Source of the DNA: a phage
DNA length: 64,000 nucleotides
Direction: 5' to 3' (one strand)
Assembly: GCA_020857175.1 (NCBI GenBank)
Contig: GCA_020857175.1_3048.1
Position 1 is the first letter of the stretch. Every line of letters starts with the position of its first letter. The notes below the pieces were generated by a model. The model was not told the DNA's origin and did not search any database. It saw only the letters and a list, made by a program, of their open reading frames with translations. Positions 26,087-34,299 of the stretch are shown here, one piece after another. A program made the translations under genes and the position numbers.

Positions 26087-26239
26087 TCAATTAGTTGACT
26101 TTGTTATAATATCATCAGACGCTTGATTTGTAAACTGGTCTGTGTTATTTTCTTCAAAAATTTTTTCTACGAATTCCTTGAACGACTCACGTTCCTGAGC
26201 TACATTATGCTCGATTACATTTTCAAGATTATGACTCAT
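26087..26239 (-). CDS. hypothetical small acidic protein, 50 aa
   Basis: Found by manual translation (below the track's 60-aa cutoff); ATG overlaps upstream stop (ATGA). Confidence 0.4.
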   Translation of the reverse strand: MSHNLENVIEHNVAQERESFKEFVEKIFEENNTDQFTNQASDDIITKSTN

Positions 26240-26622
26240 TCGAAATAATCTTCAATTTCATAATCATGGACGTAAATCATTATAGTTTTTAATACATCAT
26301 CAATACTTTTTCCTGGAGCTGGAATTACGTAAAAATATCCTGCTTTTGAAAGGTCTTTATAAGTTCCAATCAAGAAATCATTATTCTCGAGATGTAATTC
26401 TTCAACTAATTCATTAACAATTGAGTGGTATAAATTTGGTAGAAACTTATATAGCTTTTCTAGAATATCAATTTTGATTGTGTATTGAACCACAGACTGA
26501 GAATCAATAATCATAGACCTTCCCTTATGTTTCTGTTTACGATTAGAATCTTTAAACGCTTTCTTCTTATCTTTATGAACAGAAGCTTTATTAAAATTAT
26601 GCTTTGCGACTAAATTGTTCAT
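26236..26622 (-). CDS. hypothetical basic protein, 128 aa
   Basis: ATG start; Lys-rich N-terminus. Confidence 0.5.
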   Translation of the reverse strand: MNNLVAKHNFNKASVHKDKKKAFKDSNRKQKHKGRSMIIDSQSVVQYTIKIDILEKLYKFLPNLYHSIVNELVEELHLENNDFLIGTYKDLSKAGYFYVIPAPGKSIDDVLKTIMIYVHDYEIEDYFE

Positions 26623-26815
26623 AGTGCTGAATTACCTCTCTTAAACATTTGCATGTGAATGAAAACTTTTTAGCTACACCACATTCAAATATATGTTCTC
26701 TTAAATCGCGCGTATCGGTATATCCCATCTCAACGATAAAATGCCGTATTAGATTTTTATCTTTATCATTGAGAGAATTAAAATAATCAGATTTTGAATT
26801 AATTTCCCTGGCCAA
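26597..26815 (-). CDS. hypothetical protein, 72 aa (start uncertain)
   Basis: Only TTG start available; CxxC-like FTCKC motif. Confidence 0.35.
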   Translation of the reverse strand: MAREINSKSDYFNSLNDKDKNLIRHFIVEMGYTDTRDLREHIFECGVAKKFSFTCKCLREVIQHYEQFSRKA

Positions 26816-27095
26816 ATTGAATCACCTTCAGTTGACGTTTTAATTCTTTTATCATTTCTTCGTTCATCGCAATATAAAGATCGCGTAAAGCAGGTTTTAG
26901 CATTCCATTTACTGGAGAACTAAATGGACATACATAATCTTTTCCTACAAGCTTTTTGGTAAATTCCATATCACAAAATTTAAATGCCGGCTCATTCGCA
27001 TAAATTCCCCAATTAGTTGACATCATTTTATTGGCATATTCCAGTGCCTGAATTTGATTCATAATTCCATCAATTTGAAACTTTTTAATATTCAT
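26799..27095 (-). CDS. hypothetical protein, 98 aa
   Basis: ATG start; in the T4 arn/motA.1 region; cannot assign. Confidence 0.5.
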   Translation of the reverse strand: MNIKKFQIDGIMNQIQALEYANKMMSTNWGIYANEPAFKFCDMEFTKKLVGKDYVCPFSSPVNGMLKPALRDLYIAMNEEMIKELKRQLKVIQFGQGN

Positions 27096-27556
27096 TAGTA
27101 AAGGTCCTCAGAGTAAAGTTCTTTTTCACTACCACCACGTTCAATACGTACTTGTCCAGCGTAAGTTGCAATAATCATTGCTTCTTCACGTGTCCAATAA
27201 TTACTGTATTGGTCAATAAACCCTTGGTCATCATCACAAACTTGTTGAGTAACTAATTGAGGTTTAACTACATCTAAAACTTCTGCCATATCTTTAGAAT
27301 AATGACGAGCACCTGGAATAACGAGAGTTCGTCCATCTTTTAATTTAAAACGGTTGGCTGCACAGACAATTCGTCGTTGATACTTTTGGTTTTCATCCCA
27401 ATACGCAGTCTGCCAACATATTTCAGGAACTTCATCTAAAACATTTTGTTCTGTATATTCACCACTGTAAGAAGCTAATTTAGCAGCCAGACTTTCCGGA
27501 GTCTCACGTAACAAAGCTTTATCTAACAGAGCTAAACGTTCTTTAAAAGTTTTCAT
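27095..27556 (-). CDS. hypothetical protein, 153 aa
   Basis: ATG start; stop/start overlap with neighbours. Confidence 0.5.
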   Translation of the reverse strand: MKTFKERLALLDKALLRETPESLAAKLASYSGEYTEQNVLDEVPEICWQTAYWDENQKYQRRIVCAANRFKLKDGRTLVIPGARHYSKDMAEVLDVVKPQLVTQQVCDDDQGFIDQYSNYWTREEAMIIATYAGQVRIERGGSEKELYSEDLY

Positions 27557-27882
27557 TTAAACCATCCTTTAATACGTTGCCACAAAGTTTTCTGTTGAGC
27601 TTTGTTAACACCAATTGAGCAAATAACCGGTTGAGATTCCTGGAATTCTTTATAATCAGCAAGATAAATTTCGTAAGCTGCATCTGTAAAGGAACTTATC
27701 GCTGCCATAAAATTATTACGAATACCTACTGGAGCATCTTTACTTTCACGAATAATCATGTATTTACCAGTCTTAATCTTTACGATAGTTCCAAGATAAG
27801 CTCCATGATACCAGATGTCCCAACCCTCTTGAGTAGGTTCTGCACAACGACGAAGTTCATTGACAATTTCTAACTTGTTCAT
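27553..27882 (-). CDS. hypothetical protein, 109 aa
   Basis: ATG start immediately downstream of motA. Confidence 0.5.
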   Translation of the reverse strand: MNKLEIVNELRRCAEPTQEGWDIWYHGAYLGTIVKIKTGKYMIIRESKDAPVGIRNNFMAAISSFTDAAYEIYLADYKEFQESQPVICSIGVNKAQQKTLWQRIKGWFK

Positions 27883-27892
27883 TATTTATTCC

Positions 27893-28528
27893 TCACAGTT
27901 CAGATGCTACAGTGATTACTGCTTCAATGTTTTCTGCCGAGCGTTTAATGTCAAGATACACATTACCGTTTTTAGCGATTTTACATGACATTCCGATGTC
28001 AGTAAATTTCTGAATATGATGTTCCATCATTTTGTATCCAAAAATTCGCATGTTTCCATTATTGTTAATTTCAAAATTGCGAATTCCGTGAGTGCGTTTT
28101 TCTAAAATAGCAAGATAGTTACTGCGGTAAGTTTCAACCTTTTTAAGAACAAATCCATTTTCATCTAAAAGTTTTAACATGAGGTCTTTATCTTCTTCCA
28201 TATCAGAAGTAATCTCACGAGCTTTACGAGTTGCTCGTTTTTTCAGTAGTTCCGGAGCATTTTCCTGCGCGTATAAAGTTGCTGCATTTGAAATAATATC
28301 TTGAGCTTCACCAGTAATGATTAATCCATCACCAGATTTCTCCACCAGGCCTTTTTTAATTAATACCCCAATATTACTATTAACTACTGCGTTACCTAAA
28401 TCTGGATGCACCTCACGAACTTCTGCAGCTGTAATGAAATCTTTCTTAGCAATAGTAATTAAAATCGCAGCAGTTTTTTCATTCAAAACATCGTTAGAAG
28501 CTTTGATGATGTAAGTTACTTTAGACAT
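27893..28528 (-). CDS. motA: middle-transcription activator MotA, 211 aa
   Basis: MSKVTYIIKASNDVLNEKTAAILITIAKKDFITAAEV... matches T4 MotA. Confidence 0.9.
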   Translation of the reverse strand: MSKVTYIIKASNDVLNEKTAAILITIAKKDFITAAEVREVHPDLGNAVVNSNIGVLIKKGLVEKSGDGLIITGEAQDIISNAATLYAQENAPELLKKRATRKAREITSDMEEDKDLMLKLLDENGFVLKKVETYRSNYLAILEKRTHGIRNFEINNNGNMRIFGYKMMEHHIQKFTDIGMSCKIAKNGNVYLDIKRSAENIEAVITVASEL

Positions 28529-28569
28529 TTTCTAATCTCCGTAATTCTGTATCAGTAGTTGATAGTTGT

Positions 28570-28599
28570 ATAGTACCACAGTATGCTTTGGTTGTAAAC
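28570..28599 (-). promoter_or_regulatory. T4-type early promoter upstream of motA
   Basis: Minus strand GTTTAC (28599..28594), 18-nt spacer, TGGTACTAT (28575..28570). Confidence 0.5.
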
Positions 28600-28613
28600 C
28601 GTTTTGTGAAAAA

Positions 28614-28651
28614 AATTTTAAAATAAAAAAAGGGAGAGCCGAGGCTCTCCC
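28614..28651 (-). terminator. rho-independent terminator downstream of gene 52
   Basis: GGGAGAGCC/GGCTCTCCC hairpin followed on minus strand by U-run. Confidence 0.55.
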
Positions 28652-28803
28652 TAAAAATTACTGCATGACTGTGATAACTGTCATGATAACACGTTGAATT
28701 CCGAACGCAAGAAGACCTCCTGCTACGGCTGGAACAACACCTAAACCCGCCAGTAAAATGCTACCGGATACTAATGCAGCGCTTGTAATACCTATGAATG
28801 GAC

Positions 28804-30132
28804 TCATTTGATTTCCTCTAAATCTTTGGTGTATTCTGTAACTACATCAGTAGTTTTCCAATATTCGTTTTCTTCTTTTTTAGCTTTAGCTTCTTCAGCA
28901 AGTTTCTTTGCTTCATCAGAAGTCATATGAAAAATATTCATTCCGACTAGTTTATCAACATAAGAAGAATACATCTCAATTTTAGAAAGTTCTTCGGTCA
29001 GTTCTTTACGAGTTTTACCCTGCACGACGATTTCACCTGAAATTACTTTCTTAATGAAATGTGCCTTGGCAAAAGCTAAACGAAAAGCTGATTCAGTTTC
29101 TTTGATTTTGTTATCAATTCGTTTTTGGACATAAGTTTTACGAACTTCAACGAAGTCTTTGATTAAATCAACTACGTTATCGTAAACTTGTAGTTTTCCT
29201 TTCTCATTAATAACCGTAATATTCTGAGAACGACGCTCAATCAACCCGAAGTCTTTCATAATTTTTGCGTGGCGTTCTTCTTCATTATCGCTCAAATAAT
29301 ATTCTTTACGGAATTTAACTTTAAAGCCAAAACCATGCTCACCACAAGCATCATCCCATGTAATGAAGCCTTTATCTTCAAGTGGGTCTAAGATTTTACT
29401 CACATAAGTTTCACGATCATACTTATACGGAATCTCAGTGATATGCATTTGAGTTCGTGAAGTAAACTTATATGTTCCACGAATTTCATATTGCCCATCA
29501 ATTTCAACGACTTCACCACGAAATTCTGGGAATTCTACCTTCGGTTTAGTTACTTTCTTTCCTTGAAGAGCTTGTAATACAGCTTTCTTGACAGAAGAAA
29601 CGCTATGAGGAAGAATGTAAGTTGCATAACCAGTTGCAATACCGGAAACACCATTAAGAAGAACAGTAGGAATAATAGGCAAATAGAAAGCAGGCGGAAT
29701 GTGTTCTTTATCTTGATGTACCGGAGCATATTCAGTATCTTTATATACGTTATAGAAATTTTTACTTACACGAGCAAAAATATAACGACTTGCCGCTGCT
29801 TTTTGAACGGTACGAGAACCAAAGTTTCCTTGACCATCTAACAGAGGAAAGTTATTGTTCCAAGTATTCGCCATCAAAGCACCTGCATCTTGTGCAGAGT
29901 TTTCGCCATGATGATATCCAAGGTCCGCTACACCACCTGCAATAGAAGCGAGTTTGTGAAACTTATCTTTATTTCCTCGCGCCAAATCAAGAGCTCGAGC
30001 AATAACAAATCGTTGAACTGGCTTAAATCCATCAATCATATTTGGAATAGCACGATTTTCAACCGTGTACATAGCATAAGCCAATGCTTCATTATCAATG
30101 ATACTTTTTAAATCGCGATTATTCAGTTGCAT
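28804..30132 (-). CDS. 52: DNA topoisomerase II medium subunit gp52 (GyrA-like), 442 aa
   Basis: 442 aa as in T4 gp52; GyrA/ParC N-terminal-domain-like sequence. Confidence 0.9.
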   Translation of the reverse strand: MQLNNRDLKSIIDNEALAYAMYTVENRAIPNMIDGFKPVQRFVIARALDLARGNKDKFHKLASIAGGVADLGYHHGENSAQDAGALMANTWNNNFPLLDGQGNFGSRTVQKAAASRYIFARVSKNFYNVYKDTEYAPVHQDKEHIPPAFYLPIIPTVLLNGVSGIATGYATYILPHSVSSVKKAVLQALQGKKVTKPKVEFPEFRGEVVEIDGQYEIRGTYKFTSRTQMHITEIPYKYDRETYVSKILDPLEDKGFITWDDACGEHGFGFKVKFRKEYYLSDNEEERHAKIMKDFGLIERRSQNITVINEKGKLQVYDNVVDLIKDFVEVRKTYVQKRIDNKIKETESAFRLAFAKAHFIKKVISGEIVVQGKTRKELTEELSKIEMYSSYVDKLVGMNIFHMTSDEAKKLAEEAKAKKEENEYWKTTDVVTEYTKDLEEIK

Positions 30133-30136
30133 AAAT

Positions 30137-30277
30137 TTACCATACTAGTGAATGTAGTGCCATAATAACATCAGAAATGAAAAGCACGACTTGAATTAAT
30201 CCGAACATTACTCCGTAATATAACGCTATCAATAAAATAGCAAGGGCTAATGAATAGCCCAAGATTTTCTTAATCAT
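30137..30277 (-). CDS. small hydrophobic protein, 46 aa (52.1-like)
   Basis: Manual translation MIKKILGYSLALAILLIALYYG...; overlaps gene 52 start and ac end. Confidence 0.4.
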   Translation of the reverse strand: MIKKILGYSLALAILLIALYYGVMFGLIQVVLFISDVIMALHSLVW

Positions 30278-30431
30278 CTTTAATCATCTTAAGTAAGCCA
30301 ACAGAAGTAGAAAGCACCCAAGCAATAAACAGAAAACTTAAGAATACTGAACCTGGGGTCCACACGCCTAAAAAGAAGCAAACCGAACAGACAATAGCCG
30401 TAATAAGTTCAATAAAAACCAGAATAACCAT
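30270..30431 (-). CDS. ac: small membrane protein Ac-like (acridine sensitivity), 53 aa
   Basis: Manual translation MVILVFIELITAIVCSVCFFLGVW...; position between 52 and stp as in T4. Confidence 0.55.
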   Translation of the reverse strand: MVILVFIELITAIVCSVCFFLGVWTPGSVFLSFLFIAWVLSTSVGLLKMIKDD

Positions 30432-30438
30432 GTTTTCC

Positions 30439-30519
30439 TCACTGGCGTCCGAAGACGCCTTTGGTTTTAAGATTGTTACGATAGAACTGCATCACATGTT
30501 CGTTATGAAAATTACTCAT
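30439..30519 (-). CDS. stp: Stp peptide (26 aa; anticodon-nuclease / EcoprrI modulator in T4)
   Basis: Manual translation [26 protein letters not shown], matching T4 Stp from memory; ATG overlaps ndd stop. Confidence 0.85.
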
Positions 30520-30977
30520 TAATATGCCTGTAAAACAAATTTAAAGTTATCAGCCAACATACGGTTCATTTCTTCAAGTGTTTGATACTCAGAATGATGA
30601 TTACGAGTAAACGCTAAAGCTAACTGTCCTTTTCCAAATCCTGTCGTCAGAGGTTTCATCTTAGAAGCAGGCAGATAAAATACTGTGTATGGAACATTAT
30701 TATTTGCAATAGTTCGTGAAAGCTGAGACCGACGTTGACGAATATGACTTAGAACTGCACTGAATCCTTGCTTAGAACGCTGATTACCTACATAAAATCG
30801 TGCAGACACACATGGATTACTAAATGGACGACCATCTAATTTACTCACTAAAAAGTAAAATCCAGGTTTAGACAAAATGTCTTTGTGCGGAGTTCCCAAA
30901 AACCACTCACCACCCTTGATTGTACCAATAACAGTAGCGCCCGCATTATTCAGATCAGTAACAGTCATATATTTCAT
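30519..30977 (-). CDS. ndd: nucleoid disruption protein Ndd, 152 aa
   Basis: Length and position (after stp) match T4 Ndd. Confidence 0.7.
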
Positions 30978-31037
30978 ATTAATTTCCTCTAAATTATTTT
31001 CTACTCCAAGGCCGCATGAATACGCGCGGCCATTAAA

Positions 31038-31253
31038 TTAATCGTCGCAGTCGACGCTCAATTCCCAAAACTCTTCTACAGTATAAGTTTCAGTATCATT
31101 TTCAATACAGAAACGTTCATTACTGTTATTTGCTAAAGTAGCATTAACTGCCGGTTTCTCGCTAGTGCTCTTAAGAGGTGAAATACGAATTAACTGATCA
31201 CCATTATCTAAACAGAAAATTTCACCAACTTTTACATCTTTAAAACTTTTCAT
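31038..31253 (-). CDS. hypothetical protein, 71 aa
   Basis: ATG start; acidic C-terminus. Confidence 0.45.
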   Translation of the reverse strand: MKSFKDVKVGEIFCLDNGDQLIRISPLKSTSEKPAVNATLANNSNERFCIENDTETYTVEEFWELSVDCDD

Positions 31254-31368
31254 AATTCACCTCAAGGAGTATAAAATCCGAATGCAGTTGTTGACCATCC
31301 CATCCAATGTGGAAAATTTGCACCAATGTAAAACATAAGAATATAAAACCAAATGTTTAGTAAATTCA

Positions 31369-31566
31369 TCATTTTACACCATTCCAAATTGTTTCAACTA
31401 CGGATTTTAAACCATTTTGATGAATATCCATTCCGACTACCGCCATCAAATAAATTCCAACTACAACTGAACCCAAGGCGAAAATCAGCATGAAAATGAA
31501 TAAAGCCGGAAAAATATTATCGAAAAACCATTCAATAAATGTAAAAACACTGCGTTTACGCTTCAT
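31369..31566 (-). CDS. small membrane protein, ~65 aa
   Basis: ATG at 31566 with GAGGAAAA SD; two hydrophobic segments; track start is TTG. Confidence 0.45.
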   Translation of the reverse strand: MKRKRSVFTFIEWFFDNIFPALFIFMLIFALGSVVVGIYLMAVVGMDIHQNGLKSVVETIWNGVK

Positions 31567-31573
31567 ATTTTCC

Positions 31574-31687
31574 TCACATAAATCCAAAGTAAGCGTTTAA
31601 TACATCAATCATTAAAACGATTGGGAATATACTCAAAACTATTAGTATTATAACTACATTCCATATAGCTTTAATAATCTTTTTCAT
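31574..31687 (-). CDS. small membrane peptide, 37 aa
   Basis: ATG at 31687 with GGAGGAACAGAAA SD downstream of the 31716..31745 promoter. Confidence 0.45.
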   Translation of the reverse strand: MKKIIKAIWNVVIILIVLSIFPIVLMIDVLNAYFGFM

Positions 31688-31715
31688 TTTCTGTTCCTCC
31701 GTAGTTGATAGGGTA

Positions 31716-31745
31716 ATAGTACCACGGAAGAACAGTCTTGTAAAC
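31716..31745 (-). promoter_or_regulatory. T4-type early promoter
   Basis: Minus strand GTTTAC (31745..31740), 18-nt spacer, TGGTACTAT (31721..31716). Confidence 0.5.
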
Positions 31746-31929
31746 AACTTTTTAAAAATATTCGTAATAAATGTGAATACCAACTACTACCGCTGAAACC
31801 TGTGCAACCCACCACGCGCAAGCAATAAGTACAGAATTCAAAATTTTCATAATAACCTCATTACAAAAGTAAATGTTAAACAAATTACTGGAATACTAAT
31901 TAACCAAACAAAACACCACCATAGTGAAC

Positions 31930-32193
31930 TCATAGCTCAATCTCAATGATTTCAAGATTATTTTCTTTAATAGCTTTCTTTAAATCATCGTAAATAAGAA
32001 CTTCCCAAGAATTGTTTAAATCACCATTCAACAAACGCTCTTGTTGCAATTTATCAGTAAGATATGGTTGATCTGATTCATATTTAGACAATCCCAATGA
32101 AATAAATGATGTTGCATCATCAATTTCAGAATATTGTACATAAACAAATTCACCTGTGATTTTATGTTTAACATAAAAGAATTTAAATTTCAT
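31930..32193 (-). CDS. hypothetical protein, 87 aa
   Basis: ATG with GGAGGAACAAAA SD, downstream of the 32221..32250 promoter. Confidence 0.5.
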   Translation of the reverse strand: MKFKFFYVKHKITGEFVYVQYSEIDDATSFISLGLSKYESDQPYLTDKLQQERLLNGDLNNSWEVLIYDDLKKAIKENNLEIIEIEL

Positions 32194-32220
32194 TTTTGTT
32201 CCTCCGTAGTTGATAGGGTA

Positions 32221-32250
32221 ATAGTACCACGGTCCTTGTGGTATGTAAAC
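32221..32250 (-). promoter_or_regulatory. T4-type early promoter (near-duplicate of the 31716 cassette)
   Basis: Minus strand GTTTAC (32250..32245), 18-nt spacer, TGGTACTAT (32226..32221); ~42 nt including the SD nearly identical to 31681..31722. Confidence 0.5.
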
Positions 32251-32268
32251 CGTTTTGTGAAAAAATTT

Positions 32269-32826
32269 TTAAATGGAAAGATACCATCCGTTGTAGTTGC
32301 TTTTTCTTACAACCTTACGAAGGTCTTCTCTGTCACCGATGAACTTCGGAGTGTACTGGATGACACCTGGATGAATTTCTTTAGTGTTGAATATAATTAT
32401 ACAGTCAGCGACTTGATGATTTAGAATGGGCCCTAGATTTATTCCAGAACCGTATGGATACTCTCCGCTGTGTCCTGTCGTTACTGAAATCCATCGAGAG
32501 TCAGTTTGGTGTGTTTTAACTTCTACCCGAAGCCCGCAGTATTTTGGATGTGCTAAAACATCCCATGCATATGTATACGGATCATCGACGTCTTCTTGAC
32601 CTTTGTTAACATACCCACTTAACCAATCTGCTACAACATACTCAGCATACACTGCAATACGACATCTTTCGATGACCTCAGCCTTATCCTGGTTTGGATT
32701 TTGTTTTAAAGAGTATCTCGCAGTATCAGCAATTTTGACCTTCATTTCACTAGTCAAATCACTGTTCGATAGGGTAAATGTCGGAATCTGAAATAGTCTC
32801 TGTAAACCCGGATTCGTTTTCTGCAT
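32269..32826 (-). CDS. denB: endonuclease IV DenB-like, 185 aa
   Basis: 185 aa as T4 DenB; position between ndd cluster and rIIB; SD AAAGGAAAG before ATG. Confidence 0.65.
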   Translation of the reverse strand: MQKTNPGLQRLFQIPTFTLSNSDLTSEMKVKIADTARYSLKQNPNQDKAEVIERCRIAVYAEYVVADWLSGYVNKGQEDVDDPYTYAWDVLAHPKYCGLRVEVKTHQTDSRWISVTTGHSGEYPYGSGINLGPILNHQVADCIIIFNTKEIHPGVIQYTPKFIGDREDLRKVVRKSNYNGWYLSI

Positions 32827-33088
32827 TTAGACTTTCCTTTTTACCACCGAGATAAGCGTTATATACTTTAAGAGTACCATAATAAATTCGGTCATTTTCA
32901 TCTAAAGACTCGAGGTCAAGTTCATCGAGCTCCTTTTTATCCATGACTATAACATCATTACAGTAAAGAAACCCAAGTTTTTCGTGACCAAACTCAAATT
33001 TATTACAGTACACAATATTAGCGTGATGATTTCCGTGCAGTTTAATCTCTTTTATGTCGGAATCGCCGATATTCATACAATAAATCAT
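32759..33088 (-). CDS. hypothetical acidic protein, 109 aa (3' end overlaps denB by 68 nt)
   Basis: ATG with AAGGAAAA SD. Confidence 0.45.
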   Translation of the reverse strand: MIYCMNIGDSDIKEIKLHGNHHANIVYCNKFEFGHEKLGFLYCNDVIVMDKKELDELDLESLDENDRIYYGTLKVYNAYLGGKKESLNAENESGFTETISDSDIYPIEQ

Positions 33089-33126
33089 AATTTTTCCTTA
33101 AAACAAAAGGGCCAAAGCCCTTTATT

Positions 33127-33321
33127 TTACTTGAATCGTGCAATTCTTTTCTCTAGACATTCAGCATAAGATTTCATTGAGATGAACTGTGAAAGCAGCA
33201 GTTCTTGCTCAACTGCACTAACTGTTAGAAACTTTGTGCTTTCTAAAAATTTGCTCAGTGCATTAATTTTGAGCATTAATTGATCGTATTCTTCTTTTAC
33301 TCGTGCTTGATAACCTAACAT
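33127..33321 (-). CDS. hypothetical protein, 64 aa
   Basis: ATG start; coiled-coil-like; flanked by stem-loops. Confidence 0.45.
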   Translation of the reverse strand: MLGYQARVKEEYDQLMLKINALSKFLESTKFLTVSAVEQELLLSQFISMKSYAECLEKRIARFK

Positions 33322-33349
33322 AATTTTCCTTAGTTAAGGGCCGAAGCCC

Positions 33350-34288
33350 TTATTTAAATTGTTCAGTAACGTCTTCAATTACTTCATACTGGCAGGTACG
33401 CATTTTAGCATCGTTGTAATCAATCGGAATTGATACTACATCGCGAGGATGAACTTTAACTTTTACAACTCGACTAGTTGAACCACCGAAGTGACGAATA
33501 TAAGATTTAGAACATACATGCAAACCGCGAGAACAAGTTTGTGTATCATCGTCATTTACGCGAGTACGCGGCATTTTAACTACTTTACCCGGACTGTTAT
33601 CAAAGGTATTTGAGTGACAGTCAAAGTAATTGCTGCGAACTACTTTCCAAGCATAGAAGTAACCATCTTCTGTAATTTCAATATCGTTTGCTACCAAGAA
33701 ATCAAAGAGTCGAGATACCGCTTTCTGGCTTGGGTTTTCCAGCAGATTTTCCAAGAACGGAAAATAAAATTCAAAGTTTTCGCCTTTTTCCATCGAATCA
33801 AGAATACGATCAACCAAACCAGACCGTAATTCAATATTTTGATAGAACAAGCTTCCACCTTCAATTCGAACATCGCCGGAAATATATTTTTCAACAGCGC
33901 GACGAACATTAATTTTTTGTGCCGCTTCTTCTAACTTATCTGCTACGAGCAGATTAAGAATTTCCTGGAAGTTTGAATGTGTATTAGGAGTTGCGTTATA
34001 AGTTACACCGTCAACAGTAATTGAAATGAATTTTTTAGATGCATTCCAAATAATGTCAGATTTAGCAACTGGAGCAATAACTGCATCGCTATTAACTTTA
34101 ACTGTAATATCACCACTAATAGTAACTTTAGGGCGTTTAGCTTCTTCGGCATTTTTCAAAACACGACGGATTGTGTCAACCGATACACCTTGCCAATCAG
34201 CCAATTCCTGTTGGGTATAATTACCGCTTGAATACAGTTTAACAATTTCAGCTTGTTCGTTTTTGGTCAGGCATTTAATATTGTACAT
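33350..34288 (-). CDS. rIIB: rIIB protein, 312 aa
   Basis: MYNIKCLTKNEQAEIVKLYSSGNYTQQELADWQGVSV... matches T4 rIIB. Confidence 0.9.
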   Translation of the reverse strand: MYNIKCLTKNEQAEIVKLYSSGNYTQQELADWQGVSVDTIRRVLKNAEEAKRPKVTISGDITVKVNSDAVIAPVAKSDIIWNASKKFISITVDGVTYNATPNTHSNFQEILNLLVADKLEEAAQKINVRRAVEKYISGDVRIEGGSLFYQNIELRSGLVDRILDSMEKGENFEFYFPFLENLLENPSQKAVSRLFDFLVANDIEITEDGYFYAWKVVRSNYFDCHSNTFDNSPGKVVKMPRTRVNDDDTQTCSRGLHVCSKSYIRHFGGSTSRVVKVKVHPRDVVSIPIDYNDAKMRTCQYEVIEDVTEQFK

Positions 34289-34299
34289 AATTTTCCTTA

